This document shows, one piece after another, positions 31,596-41,576 of a stretch of 64,000 bases of DNA. The notes beneath the pieces were generated by a model that made no database searches, had not been told where the DNA came from, and saw only the letters and a program-made list of their open reading frames with translations. This DNA comes from Alphaproteobacteria bacterium (GTDB lineage Bacteria > Pseudomonadota > Alphaproteobacteria > UBA6615): contig CBDHEC010000043.1 in assembly GCA_965261975.1 (NCBI GenBank), positions 1-64,000 on the forward strand. The letters are read 5' to 3'. Position numbers and translations under genes: made by a program. The first letter of the stretch is position 1, and each line of letters begins with the position of its first letter.

Positions 31596-32579
31596 CTACT
31601 GGTCCGCGGAATCCGTGTCGAAGAACCGCGCGATCACCTGATCGTGCCAGCGCCCGGTCGTGCCGTGAAATCCTACATGTCCGCCGCCCGATGCCAGCGC
31701 CAGCAGCATGGATGACGGCATGGAGGGTTTGTACTGCCGGTAAATCTCGGCCGGGATCCAAGGGTCGTCTTCGGCATGCACCAGCAAGGTCGGGGTCTCT
31801 ATCCCGCTGAGGCGCGGCCCGGCCGCGCAGCGCGCATAATATTCTTCGGCATCTGCAAATCCGTTGCTCGGCGCCACCACGCCATCGTCGAACTCCCGAA
31901 TAGAGGTGGCCTGTTCCATTGCGATCTGCTGCGCCGGCGAGATATCGAGCCGGCCGCCGCCCCAATCCAGCTTCATTCGGTCGAGCAGCCAGCGGTGATA
32001 GAGCCGGTTGCGCGGCGCCTCCAATCGGCGCGACACACGGTCAAGATCGAGGGGTGCCGACACCGTCACGGCGCGGGAAACCCGCGCGGCAGTCCCGTTC
32101 TCGGCCAGATACTTGAGCAAGATGTTGCCGCCGAGCGAATAACCGACCGCGAACAACCGATCCGCGCCGTAACCCATATCAGCCAGCAGGCCAAAAACCA
32201 GCACCAGGTCCTCGCTGCGGCCGGAATGGTACATCTGTCGACAATCCCGCCGCGACGGCGCCGCGCCGCGCAAATTCAAGCGAAGCACCCCATATCCGGC
32301 CGTTAGCAAGAGGCGCGCGCTCGCCCGCACATAAGCGCTGTCCTCACACCCGGTCAGCCCATGGATCAGCACCACCAGCGTGGAATCGCCGGCGGGCCCG
32401 GCGTGTAGAACGCCGTTCAGACGGTCGCCGTTGTCCGCCGGGAAATACACCCGTTCGCCCGGCCATCGGTCCAGGTCCGCCCGGTCGCGCATGAACGTAT
32501 TGCGAAGCGTTTGCAGGTCTCCGCCGAACCAGGGTGTCCTCGCCCGGAATGGTTCGAAGACCTCCTGACGGCCGCTCAT
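31596..32579 (-). CDS. Alpha/beta hydrolase, YheT family
   Basis: GGDLQTL, HGLTG, GYSLGG, DDPWI, GGHVGF. Confidence 0.9.
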   Translation of the reverse strand: MSGRQEVFEPFRARTPWFGGDLQTLRNTFMRDRADLDRWPGERVYFPADNGDRLNGVLHAGPAGDSTLVVLIHGLTGCEDSAYVRASARLLLTAGYGVLRLNLRGAAPSRRDCRQMYHSGRSEDLVLVFGLLADMGYGADRLFAVGYSLGGNILLKYLAENGTAARVSRAVTVSAPLDLDRVSRRLEAPRNRLYHRWLLDRMKLDWGGGRLDISPAQQIAMEQATSIREFDDGVVAPSNGFADAEEYYARCAAGPRLSGIETPTLLVHAEDDPWIPAEIYRQYKPSMPSSMLLALASGGGHVGFHGTTGRWHDQVIARFFDTDSADQ

Positions 32580-33418
32580 TTGCGCAGAAACTCCGTAACC
32601 GGCTCGATCTCGGCCCGGCGCGAAAATGTCGGGGCGTGCCCGACATTCGCAATTTCGACGAGGTCCGCACGCGGCCCTCGCTCGGTCATTTCCCGGGCAG
32701 TCTCCGGGAGCAGCAGCAAAGAATCTGCGCCGCGCACCACGAGCGTATCGCTGCCAATCGCGTCCCATACGGGCCACAGGTTGACGTCCGTCACCGGGCG
32801 CGCCTTCATCGGAACGGCAATCGCCGGGTCGTAGGCCAGCGCAAACGTGCCATCGTCGGCTTTGCGCGCAGAAGTTTCCGCCAGATGCGCCCATTCGCGG
32901 TCATCCAGTTCCCCGAACGGCGCCCAAATCCGGCGAAGATACTCTTCCAGGGATGCAAGATCCGGAAACACCGGATCGGTGCCCACATAGTCGCGTATCC
33001 ATTCCAGGGCGGCCTTGGGAATGAACGGTCCCACATCGTTGACCACCAGCTTGCGCAACGGCGTGTTCGGCATCGCGGCCATGAGCATGCCCATGATCCC
33101 GCCCATGGAAGTTCCGACAAAATCGATGCTGTCCACACCGAGCCGGGCCACCAGGGCGTTCACGTCTGCGAGATATTGCGGGAAGTCATATCCTGACGGG
33201 TCGGCCAGCCAGCCGCTTCTCCCCCGCCCGACCACGTCCAGGCAAATTACTCGCCTGTCTGCGGAAAGAGCTTCAGCCAAACGGTCGAAAGAACGCGCTG
33301 TCTGGGTCAGCCCATGTACACAAAGAACAACCGGCGCATCCGGCTCACCCCATTCGGTGTAATGCAGGCGATGGAAGCCCGACTGGCTTAACCCGCGGAA
33401 AGACCGTGACCGCATCAC
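32576..33418 (-). CDS. Alpha/beta hydrolase
   Basis: CVHGLT, DVVGRGRS, GTSMGG, NDVGP, GHAP. Confidence 0.92.
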   Translation of the reverse strand: MMRSRSFRGLSQSGFHRLHYTEWGEPDAPVVLCVHGLTQTARSFDRLAEALSADRRVICLDVVGRGRSGWLADPSGYDFPQYLADVNALVARLGVDSIDFVGTSMGGIMGMLMAAMPNTPLRKLVVNDVGPFIPKAALEWIRDYVGTDPVFPDLASLEEYLRRIWAPFGELDDREWAHLAETSARKADDGTFALAYDPAIAVPMKARPVTDVNLWPVWDAIGSDTLVVRGADSLLLLPETAREMTERGPRADLVEIANVGHAPTFSRRAEIEPVTEFLRK

Positions 33419-33509
33419 ATCATGCCTCTAACGTCGGTTTGAAATGGCGCGCGAACCTAAGGCAGGCGCGCTTATGTCACCAACCATCATACGACCCGCG
33501 AGACCAGCC

Positions 33510-33959
33510 ATGGCGACCATTGAAATTGCCCCCCCGACACAGCAAGACAAAGAGGCATGGGCCGCGCTGTTCCTCGGCTACCGGCGTTTCTACGAAGTCC
33601 CCGACGACCCGGATGTCATCGAGCGGGTCTGGGGCTGGATTAACGATCCCGACCATCAGACCGAGTGCCTGCTCGCCCGTGGCGCAGACGGCCGACCCAT
33701 CGGCCCTGCGCATTTCCGCAATCTTGCCCGGCCGCTATCGGGTACCCAGGCTGGCTTCCTCGATGATTTGTTTGTCGAGCCGGACTCCCGAGGCAGCGGT
33801 GCCGCCGATGCACTTATAAACGCGATCGCCGAGATCGGCCGTGAACGCGAATGGTCATGGCTGCGCTGGTTTACGGCAGAGGACAATTATCGCGGGCGCG
33901 GTTTCTCCGACCGGGTCGCCCATGCCACGCCGTGGAAAACCTATCAGGTGGACATCTAG
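33510..33959 (+). CDS. GNAT family N-acetyltransferase
   Basis: FLDDLFVEPDSRGSG, LRWFTAEDNYR. Confidence 0.9.
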   Translation: MATIEIAPPTQQDKEAWAALFLGYRRFYEVPDDPDVIERVWGWINDPDHQTECLLARGADGRPIGPAHFRNLARPLSGTQAGFLDDLFVEPDSRGSGAADALINAIAEIGREREWSWLRWFTAEDNYRGRGFSDRVAHATPWKTYQVDI

Positions 33960-33968
33960 GCCGCGCCG

Positions 33969-36353
33969 ATGCGCCTTATCCGCTGCATCATATCCGGCCT
34001 GGCGATCCTGCTCGCCCTGCCCGCGGGGCTTGCCGCTCTTGCAGCACTCGCCATCGTGGTCATTTTCATGACCGCACAGACCGAAACCGGCGGCGATTTT
34101 GAGCTGGCCGGCCTGGATGGCCCCGTCTCGGTCATCCGCGACCAGCACGCGGTCCCGCACATTTTCGCCAACGACAGGCTCGACGCCTATCGAGCGCTCG
34201 GCTTCGTGCACGCCCAGGACCGCTTTTTCCAGATGGAATTCATGCGGCGGACCGCGGCCGGAGGCCTGGCCGAGGTCATCGGACCACCGGGATTGCGTAC
34301 CGACCGTTTCATGCGAACCCTCGGGATATACCGGTTGGCCGAGGCGTCCGTCGCACAACTCTCGCCCGGGGCCCGCGCGGTGATCGACGCCTATGTCGAG
34401 GGCGTCAACGCCTGGATGACGGCACCGGACACCAAGCGTCCGCCCGAGATGATCGTGCTGGGACTTCCGTTCGAACCCTGGCGGCTTGCTGACAGCGCGG
34501 CCTGGGTGCGGCTGATGTCATTGTTGCTGTCGGGTGACTTCCGGAGCGAGTTGCTGCGTGCCGATCTCACCCATGTGCTTACACCGGATCAAATCAACGA
34601 CCTGTGGCCGGACGAGCCCGACAATGCCCCAACGACGCTCAGTCGAACCGCGCGACCAGCAAACGGATTCACCGGCCTCGCCACGGCCATCCCCGACCTG
34701 TTCCCGCGCGCCAGCGCTTCGAACGAATGGGTGGTCTCGGGGGCCCGCAGTCAATCCGGTAAGCCGCTGCTTGCCAACGACCCCCATCTCGGCTTCGCGG
34801 CGCCGGGCATGTGGCACCTCGCGCGGATCGTGACGCCGGATTTCACCGCGTCCGGCGGCGCGTTGCCAGGTCAACCGTTTTTCATGATCGGGCGCAACGA
34901 TGATATGGCCTGGGGGCTCACCACGACACATGCGGACACGCAGGATCTATTCGTCGAACGCATCGATCCGGCAAATCACGACCGCTACCTCACGCCCCAG
35001 GGCAGCCTGCCATTCGAGGTTCGCGAAGAGGTAATCCATGTGCGCGGGCGCAGCACATCAGAGAAGCTTCGTGTTCGAACAACGCGCCACGGCCCGGTCC
35101 TCTCGGACATTTCTGTTGACGCCGCACAGGCCGCCGCGCCCGGGACCGTGATCGCCCTGGCTTTCGCCGCGCTGCGCGAAGACGACCGAACCGCCGACGC
35201 TGTTCACGGCCTCAACAATGCAACCACGGTCGCGGCGTTCCGCAACGCGCTGCGCGACTTTCATGCCCCCATGCAGAACGTGGCCTATGCCCATCGTGAC
35301 GGCCGCTTCGGGTTCGTCACCGCAGGTCGCCTTCCCATACGTCCCGGCGGTGCGGGCACCCGCCCGTTCCCGGGGTGGACCGGCGAGCATGACTGGCGCG
35401 GTTTCGTGCCCTTTGAGGATTTGCCGCAACTGCACAACCCGGCCACCGGTGTGATCGTCAACGCCAACAACCGGGTTGCACCCCGCGCGTATCCCCACGT
35501 GATCAGCAATGACTGGACCGAGGGCTTCAGGGCAGAACGGATCGGCGACCTGATCGCAGCAGATCATCGCCACACAATGGAGAGCTTCGCTGCCATTCAA
35601 AACGACGTGGTGTCACTGGGCGCGCGCGCGCTCATCGCCGCAATGCTCGACGCGCTGCCCGATGACATCCGCAACCAGACCGTCCCGACCATGATGGCCG
35701 CCTGGGACGGATCGATGAATGCGGCCCGGCCCGAACCGCTGATCTACGCCACATGGTCGAATGCGCTCCGCCGCCGGTTGATCGACGATGAACTCGGCCC
35801 CTTCACCCGCCGCTATCGCGGCGTGCGGCCCCGGGTGATCATTCGCATGCTTACCCGGCAGCCATCATGGTGCGACAACTGGACCACTGCTGCGAAGGAG
35901 ACATGCGGACAGATCGTTGGTGCCGCGCTCGACGACACCATGTCCGAACTTCGCAAAAACCATGGTGCGGATACCGCCGCGTGGCGCTGGGGCGACGCCC
36001 ACCAGGCCGTGTTCGTGCATCCCCTGCTGCGGTTCGCGGGGCCGCTGGGCCGGCTGGTCGCACCCACGGCGGAAACCAGCGGCGGCGACCATACGGTCAA
36101 TCGCGGCACATTCCGGAATGCCGGTAACGCCAGCTATCCCCACGTGCATGGCCCGGGCCTGCGCGCCATTATCGACATGGCCGAACCCGACGCAGCGCGC
36201 TTCATGATGGCACCCGGCCAATCCGGTCAGATCGTATCGCGACACTATGGTGATCTCGCCGGGCAATGGCGTGACGGCAACTACATCGTGTTAAATGGCA
36301 CGCGCGACGACCTTCGGCGCAACGCCACATCGGAACTGAACCTGCGACCATGA
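33969..36353 (+). CDS. Penicillin acylase family protein (Ntn hydrolase, N-terminal membrane anchor)
   Basis: VPHIFA, GFVHAQDR, nucleophile S in SNEWVVSG, LLANDPHL, PGQSG. Confidence 0.93.
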   Translation: MRLIRCIISGLAILLALPAGLAALAALAIVVIFMTAQTETGGDFELAGLDGPVSVIRDQHAVPHIFANDRLDAYRALGFVHAQDRFFQMEFMRRTAAGGLAEVIGPPGLRTDRFMRTLGIYRLAEASVAQLSPGARAVIDAYVEGVNAWMTAPDTKRPPEMIVLGLPFEPWRLADSAAWVRLMSLLLSGDFRSELLRADLTHVLTPDQINDLWPDEPDNAPTTLSRTARPANGFTGLATAIPDLFPRASASNEWVVSGARSQSGKPLLANDPHLGFAAPGMWHLARIVTPDFTASGGALPGQPFFMIGRNDDMAWGLTTTHADTQDLFVERIDPANHDRYLTPQGSLPFEVREEVIHVRGRSTSEKLRVRTTRHGPVLSDISVDAAQAAAPGTVIALAFAALREDDRTADAVHGLNNATTVAAFRNALRDFHAPMQNVAYAHRDGRFGFVTAGRLPIRPGGAGTRPFPGWTGEHDWRGFVPFEDLPQLHNPATGVIVNANNRVAPRAYPHVISNDWTEGFRAERIGDLIAADHRHTMESFAAIQNDVVSLGARALIAAMLDALPDDIRNQTVPTMMAAWDGSMNAARPEPLIYATWSNALRRRLIDDELGPFTRRYRGVRPRVIIRMLTRQPSWCDNWTTAAKETCGQIVGAALDDTMSELRKNHGADTAAWRWGDAHQAVFVHPLLRFAGPLGRLVAPTAETSGGDHTVNRGTFRNAGNASYPHVHGPGLRAIIDMAEPDAARFMMAPGQSGQIVSRHYGDLAGQWRDGNYIVLNGTRDDLRRNATSELNLRP

Positions 36354-37214
36354 CCGTCACCATCGCCGACATAGAGCGTGCCGCAAAGACAATCGGTGGC
36401 GACGTCATCCGCACGCCAACGATCCTCGCGCCCGGCCTGTCGCGCGAGGCAGGGCACCGCCGGGCTGGAGATGGCGGAAGACGCACCCGAGCTCGAGGCA
36501 ATTCTGATCCCGGTCGGCGGCGGCGGCTTGATCGCGGGTTGCGCGGTGGCGCTTAAGGCACGCATGCCGGCGGTCGAGATCATCGGCGTCGAGGCCGAGC
36601 TCTACGCCTCCATGCAGGCCGCGCTAGCCGGCAAGGACATAGAAGGCGCCGGTACCACGCTTGCCGAGGGTATCGCGGTGAAAACACCCGGCACACAAAC
36701 CCTGCCCATCGTCAGGGAACTCGTCGACGACATCGTGACCGTAGGCGAAAGCGCGATCGAGGCGGCCGTCGAACTGATGGCCGATACCGGCGGCGTCATT
36801 GTCGAAGGCGCGGGCGCCGTCCCCCTCGCGGCGGTGATGGAGGACCAACCGCGGTTTGCGGGCCGCCGGGTCGGCTTGCTGGTCAGCGGCGGCAACATAG
36901 ATATGCGCCTGTATGCCTCCGTGCTGCTGCGCGGTCTGGTACGGGGCGGGCAGTTGGTTCGGCTGCGCGTTCAGATATCGGATGCGCCGGGCAATCTTGC
37001 CCAGGTAAGCCAGCTGATCGGCGATGCGGGCGGCAACATCGTCGAAATCATCCATCAACGTATGTTCTTCGATGTCCCGGTGAAGGAAACATCCATCGAC
37101 ATCGTGATCGAGACCCGAAACACGGCGCACGCCTCGGAAATCGTGGAAAAACTGGAGACTGCAGGTCTTCAAACCCGCCTCCTGAGCGACGTGACGGGCA
37201 CCCGCAGCACCTAA
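36350..37214 (+). pseudogene. Threonine ammonia-lyase (ACT-domain type) with internal deletion and frameshift
   Basis: The N-terminus MTVTIADIERAA..RTP joins out of frame at about 36450 to QGTAGLEM...PVGGGGL...EGAGA...SGGNID plus ACT domain. The PLP-lysine motif is absent. Confidence 0.85.
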
Positions 37215-37227
37215 AGCAGTTCTTAAC
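37212..37227 (+). promoter_or_regulatory. Near-consensus CtrA box upstream of motA
   Basis: TAAA-GCAGTTC-TTAAC, one mismatch to TTAA-N7-TTAAC. Confidence 0.5.
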
Positions 37228-37285
37228 CTATCTTCGCCAATCTAGGTCTCGCGGATTTCCCCGCTTCCAAAGGGCTTGAGATGCG

Positions 37286-38143
37286 ATGCTTGTAATTATC
37301 GGATGGGTAATGGTGCTCGGTTGTGTGCTCGGCGGCTATGTCGCGATGGGCGGGAAACTTGGTGTCCTTTACCAACCATTTGAACTGGTGATCATCGGTG
37401 GTGCCGGTGTGGGTGCCTACATCACCTCAAACCCGAAGCATGTACTGAAATCCACCGGCAAGGGTTTCAATACCGCCCTCAAGGGCCCATCGAATTCGAA
37501 GGACGACTATCTCGAACTTCTTTCGATGATGTACGCCACCTTCAAGCTGGCCAAGGCGAAGGGCAACCTGGCGCTCGAACAGCATATCGAAAACCCCCAC
37601 GACAGCGAGCTGTTCGCCAATTTCCCGGGCTTTAGCGCAAATCACCATGGGGTCGAGTTCTTCTGCGACTATCTGCGCCTCGTGACCCTCGGATCGGAGA
37701 ACCCGCACGAACTCGAAGCCCTGATGGACGAGGAACTCGACGTCCATCATCAGGAAGACGAGCAGATCGCGACCGCGATGCAATTGCTCGGTGACGGCTT
37801 CCCGGCGCTGGGTATCGTCGCGGCCGTGTTGGGTATCATCAAGACCATGGGCTCGATCACCGAACCCCCTGAAATTCTTGGCAAACTGATCGGCGGTGCG
37901 CTCGTCGGCACCTTCCTCGGCATTCTCCTCGCCTACGGCTTCGTCGGCCCGCTGGCGAGTGCGATCAAAATGGCCCAAGAAGCCAACAGCAAGTATCTGG
38001 CCTGCCTGAAGGCCGGCATCCTGGCCCATGTCGCTGGCAATGCCCCGGCGGTATCGGTTGAGTTCGCGCGCAAGACCCTTCTCAGCAGCGTCCGCCCGAC
38101 ATTCGCTGAACTCGAGGAAGCGACCGAGAACGCGCCCGCCTAG
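37286..38143 (+). CDS. motA: Flagellar motor stator protein MotA
   Basis: QPFELVIIGGA, FPALGIVAAVLG, GALVGTFLG, YGFVGPL, VEFARK. Confidence 0.96.
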   Translation: MLVIIGWVMVLGCVLGGYVAMGGKLGVLYQPFELVIIGGAGVGAYITSNPKHVLKSTGKGFNTALKGPSNSKDDYLELLSMMYATFKLAKAKGNLALEQHIENPHDSELFANFPGFSANHHGVEFFCDYLRLVTLGSENPHELEALMDEELDVHHQEDEQIATAMQLLGDGFPALGIVAAVLGIIKTMGSITEPPEILGKLIGGALVGTFLGILLAYGFVGPLASAIKMAQEANSKYLACLKAGILAHVAGNAPAVSVEFARKTLLSSVRPTFAELEEATENAPA

Positions 38144-38170
38144 TCCGGCGACAGCACGACGGGCACGGAT

Positions 38171-39313
38171 ATGGCTGAAGCAGGTAATCCCAACCAGCAA
38201 CCCATCATCATCAAGAAGGTGAAGGGGCACGGGCACGGCCGCCATGGCGGTGCCTGGAAAGTCGCCTACGCCGATTTCGTGACGGCCATGATGGCGTTCT
38301 TTCTGCTGCTCTGGCTCCTGAACGCCACGACCGAGGAACAACGCTCGGGCATCGCCGACTATTTCTCGCCGGAATCCATCTCCTCGCCGGGCAGCGGGTC
38401 GGGCAGCATCCTGGGCGGCAAGACAATCGCGATCGACGGCAACAAGGTATCCGCCGGCGGTCCGACTGAAGGTGCCAGCGTTCCCCTCCCACCGCTCCCG
38501 TCGGGAGACGGCGACGGTGGGGTCGAGGGGGACACGCAAACAGCGGGAGACGGCGGCGAAACCGACTTCCCGGAGAACGGCTCCACCCAATTCGCCGAAA
38601 ACGGCGAGACCGACAAGCCCGACAACGGCACGATCGACGAAGGCGCCCTCCAGCAAGCGATGGCCGAACGCGAGCAGGCCCAGTTCGAAGCGGCCGCCGA
38701 CGCGCTGCGCCAAGCAATCGAGGCGGTCCCCGAACTTGCGCAGCTGGAAGACAGCCTGCTGATCGAGCAGACACCCGAGGGCCTGCGCATCCAGCTCGTT
38801 GATCAGGCAGGCTATTCGATGTTCGCTCTGGGCAGTTCCCAGCCAAACGCCGAAACACGCAAACTCGTCCAGCTGGTCTCGAAGGTCGTTAATCAACTCT
38901 CGAACAAAATCTCCATTAGCGGCCACACCGATTCACGCGGCTACAGGTCCGCGGAGGGATACACCAACTGGGAACTCAGCTCCGATCGCGCGAACGCTGC
39001 ACGACGGCTTCTGATTGAATCCGGCCTTGGTTCAGACCGTATCGCGCTTGTCCAGGGCCGCGCCGATACGGACCCCCTGCTGCCCGAGGAGCCGGAAAGC
39101 GAACAGAATCGGCGCATCAGCATCGTCCTGCTTCGCGAGAACGAAGTCCCCCTCGAGCTCGACGCCGAGAACCTTGGCAACGGCACGCTGCCGGATGGCC
39201 CTGCACCTTCGGGTCCAAGCACCAATGATTTCGGTGCCAACGACAGCAATGACCCCGCCGCTGTCGAACCTGCGCGCAAGACCGAAATCGACGATCGGCG
39301 CACCTCCGGCTGA
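38171..39313 (+). CDS. motB: Flagellar motor stator protein MotB
   Basis: HGGAWKVAYADFVTAMMAFF and OmpA-like domain (GHTD, NWELSSDRA, NRRISI). Confidence 0.96.
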   Translation: MAEAGNPNQQPIIIKKVKGHGHGRHGGAWKVAYADFVTAMMAFFLLLWLLNATTEEQRSGIADYFSPESISSPGSGSGSILGGKTIAIDGNKVSAGGPTEGASVPLPPLPSGDGDGGVEGDTQTAGDGGETDFPENGSTQFAENGETDKPDNGTIDEGALQQAMAEREQAQFEAAADALRQAIEAVPELAQLEDSLLIEQTPEGLRIQLVDQAGYSMFALGSSQPNAETRKLVQLVSKVVNQLSNKISISGHTDSRGYRSAEGYTNWELSSDRANAARRLLIESGLGSDRIALVQGRADTDPLLPEEPESEQNRRISIVLLRENEVPLELDAENLGNGTLPDGPAPSGPSTNDFGANDSNDPAAVEPARKTEIDDRRTSG

Positions 39314-39339
39314 CCACGCCCATCGCCACTCACTTGGCT

Positions 39340-39368
39340 TTGCGCGAGACGTTTGACATCGGTAGAAT
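39340..39368 (+). promoter_or_regulatory. Sigma70-type promoter of the arginyltransferase gene
   Basis: TTGCGC-N17-TAGAAT. Confidence 0.55.
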
Positions 39369-39404
39369 TCGCGACGTTTCAAGATCATCCGCCCGGGCCA
39401 GCAC

Positions 39405-40148
39405 ATGACCAGCCAAGCGCCGAAGCCACCGCTTGTATTTTATCGGACGGGTCCGATGCCTTGCCCCTACCTGGATGGTCGCGTCGAACGTAACCTGTTC
39501 ACCGAGCTGCGTGGTGCGCAGGCGCAAGACCTGCATGATCAACTGGCACTCGCCGGGTTTCGACGCTCTCACCACATCGTCTACCGGCCCGCATGTCCGG
39601 GATGCAGCGGCTGCGTCCCGATCCGCATCCCCGTCGAAATGTTTACGCCGACCCGCTCCCAACAGCGCGTCTGGAACAAGAACTCAGACCTTGTCATCAC
39701 GACCGGGGCCGCGCTGGCCACCGATGAACATTATGACCTCTTCTTCCGTTATCAACGCGCCCGCCACAGCGGCGGCGAGATGGCCGCGATGTCCTTTTCG
39801 GATTTTCGCGCGATGGTCGAGGATTCCGTGGTGAACACAACATTGATGTCGATACGGGACACGGCCGGCACGCTCCTCGGTGCCTGCCTCACGGACGTCC
39901 TGTCCAGCGGCCTTTCGGCGGTCTACAGCTATTTCGAACCATCCGAAGATCGCCGTAGCCTCGGGACCTTCAGTATTCTGCAGCTCGTCCGCGACGCGGT
40001 GGCCAACGATCAGCCCTATGTCTATCTGGGCTACTGGATCGAGGGCTGCGACAAGATGACCTACAAAAGCCGTTTTCAGCCCATCGAGCATCTGGGGCCA
40101 AAAGGCTGGACCAACGCGCCGCTTCCGAGCATCGAGCCCCCCACCTGA
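39405..40148 (+). CDS. bpt: ATE-like aminoacyl-tRNA protein transferase (Bpt)
   Basis: PCPYLDGR, GFRRS, YRPACPGCSGC, SLGTFSIL, YLGYWI, KMTYK. Confidence 0.92.
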   Translation: MTSQAPKPPLVFYRTGPMPCPYLDGRVERNLFTELRGAQAQDLHDQLALAGFRRSHHIVYRPACPGCSGCVPIRIPVEMFTPTRSQQRVWNKNSDLVITTGAALATDEHYDLFFRYQRARHSGGEMAAMSFSDFRAMVEDSVVNTTLMSIRDTAGTLLGACLTDVLSSGLSAVYSYFEPSEDRRSLGTFSILQLVRDAVANDQPYVYLGYWIEGCDKMTYKSRFQPIEHLGPKGWTNAPLPSIEPPT

Positions 40149-40342
40149 GCGGTGTTGCCGCGCGACCGTCATACTTTTGTATGGCCCGGGGCCCGTTGCG
40201 CCCTTACACCCGCTGACATACAGTTTCTCCAACGGTTTGCAGCCGATACACGGCTGTAAAAAATTCCCCATCTCCGGCTCCTTTCTGGTGCTTTCGATAG
40301 GCCGGAGAAACAAACACGAACACGCACCTCAGGGAGCAATTC

Positions 40343-41443
40343 ATGGAACGACGTAAATTTATGAAAGCCGCCGGTCTGGCCGGCGTCACGGGCGCAGCCG
40401 CTGCGGCATCCGCCTTCCCGAAACCCGCCGTCGCGCAGGAGCGGATCGAATTCGCAATGGTCTCCACATGGCCGCGCGATTTCCCCGGTCTCGGCACCGG
40501 CGCCCAGCGCCTCGCCGAACGTATCGCGACCATGAGTGAAGGCCGCATCCAGATGCAGTACTTCTCCGCCGGCGAGCGCGTGGGCGCATTCGACAGCTTC
40601 GATGAAGTCGCATCGGGCAACGCGCAGGGCTATCACGCCGCCGACTATTACTGGAAAGGCAAGCATCCGGGCTGGGCGTTCTTCACCGCCGTCCCGTTTG
40701 GCCTGACCTACACCGAGATGAACGGCTGGATCCGCTTCGGCGGCGGCCAGGAACTCTGGGATGAGCTCGCGGGCGAATTCGGCCTCAAGGGCCTGATGGC
40801 GGGTAACACCGGCGTCCAGATGGGCGGCTGGTTCCGCAAGGAAATCAACTCGGCCGACGATCTCAAGGGCCTCAAGATGCGTATCCCGGGCCTCGGCGGC
40901 GACGTTATGGCCAAGCTGGGCGCTTCCCCGGTCTCCCTCCCGGGCGGCCAGATTTATGAGAACCTGGTCTCCGGCGCGATCGACGCCACCGAGTGGGTCG
41001 GCCCCTGGAACGATGGTTTCATGAAGTTCTACGAAGCCGCCAAGTTCTACTACTATCCGGGTATGCACGAGCCGGGCTCCATGCTCGCCCTCGGTCTGAA
41101 CGCCTCTTTCTGGGGCAAGCTGTCCAAGTCGGACCAGGCCATCATCGAGGCGGCCGCAGCATCCGAAAACGACTGGATGATGTCCGAATACAACGCCAAG
41201 TCCGGTGCGGCGCTGAAGGACCTGATTGCGAATCAGGGCGTCCAGCTCCGCCAGTTCACGGACGACACCTATGACAGCTTCGGCGAAGCCGCTGAGGAAG
41301 TCTTCGACGAGGTGCAGGCCCACAGCGATCTGTCCAAGCGTATCTATGACAGCTTCGTGCAGGCCCGCTCTGACATCGGCGCCTGGACCAATATTTCGGA
41401 CCAGGCTTACGTTCAGCAGCGTAACCGCGTTCTCGGCCTGTAG
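40343..41443 (+). CDS. TRAP transporter substrate-binding protein (DctP/TakP-like) with Tat signal
   Basis: RRKFMK Tat motif, GNTGVQMGGWF, KMRIPGLGG, DATEWVGPWND. Confidence 0.95.
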   Translation: MERRKFMKAAGLAGVTGAAAAASAFPKPAVAQERIEFAMVSTWPRDFPGLGTGAQRLAERIATMSEGRIQMQYFSAGERVGAFDSFDEVASGNAQGYHAADYYWKGKHPGWAFFTAVPFGLTYTEMNGWIRFGGGQELWDELAGEFGLKGLMAGNTGVQMGGWFRKEINSADDLKGLKMRIPGLGGDVMAKLGASPVSLPGGQIYENLVSGAIDATEWVGPWNDGFMKFYEAAKFYYYPGMHEPGSMLALGLNASFWGKLSKSDQAIIEAAAASENDWMMSEYNAKSGAALKDLIANQGVQLRQFTDDTYDSFGEAAEEVFDEVQAHSDLSKRIYDSFVQARSDIGAWTNISDQAYVQQRNRVLGL

Positions 41444-41460
41444 GCGCGAAGACGTCACGA

Positions 41461-41498
41461 AACATGGGGCGGAGCCTTCGGGCTCCGCCTTACATGTT
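41461..41498 (+). terminator. Intercistronic stem-loop after dctP (stabiliser or partial terminator)
   Basis: GGCGGAGCC-TTCG-GGCTCCGCC with a cUUCGg loop, extended by AACATG/CATGTT. Confidence 0.65.
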
Positions 41499-41576
41499 CC
41501 GTCCGTCTCATAGGCCCGCCAGGTTCCGCTTCGGCGGAGCATCGGGCGCTTCAGGACAGCGAGCACCGCGGATCCC

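Noticed and set aside
37286-39313. motAB as a Zorya-type defence system
   Set aside because: MotA is of canonical length with no long cytoplasmic tail, MotB has the flagellar WKVAYADF motif, and no nuclease or helicase genes are adjacent.
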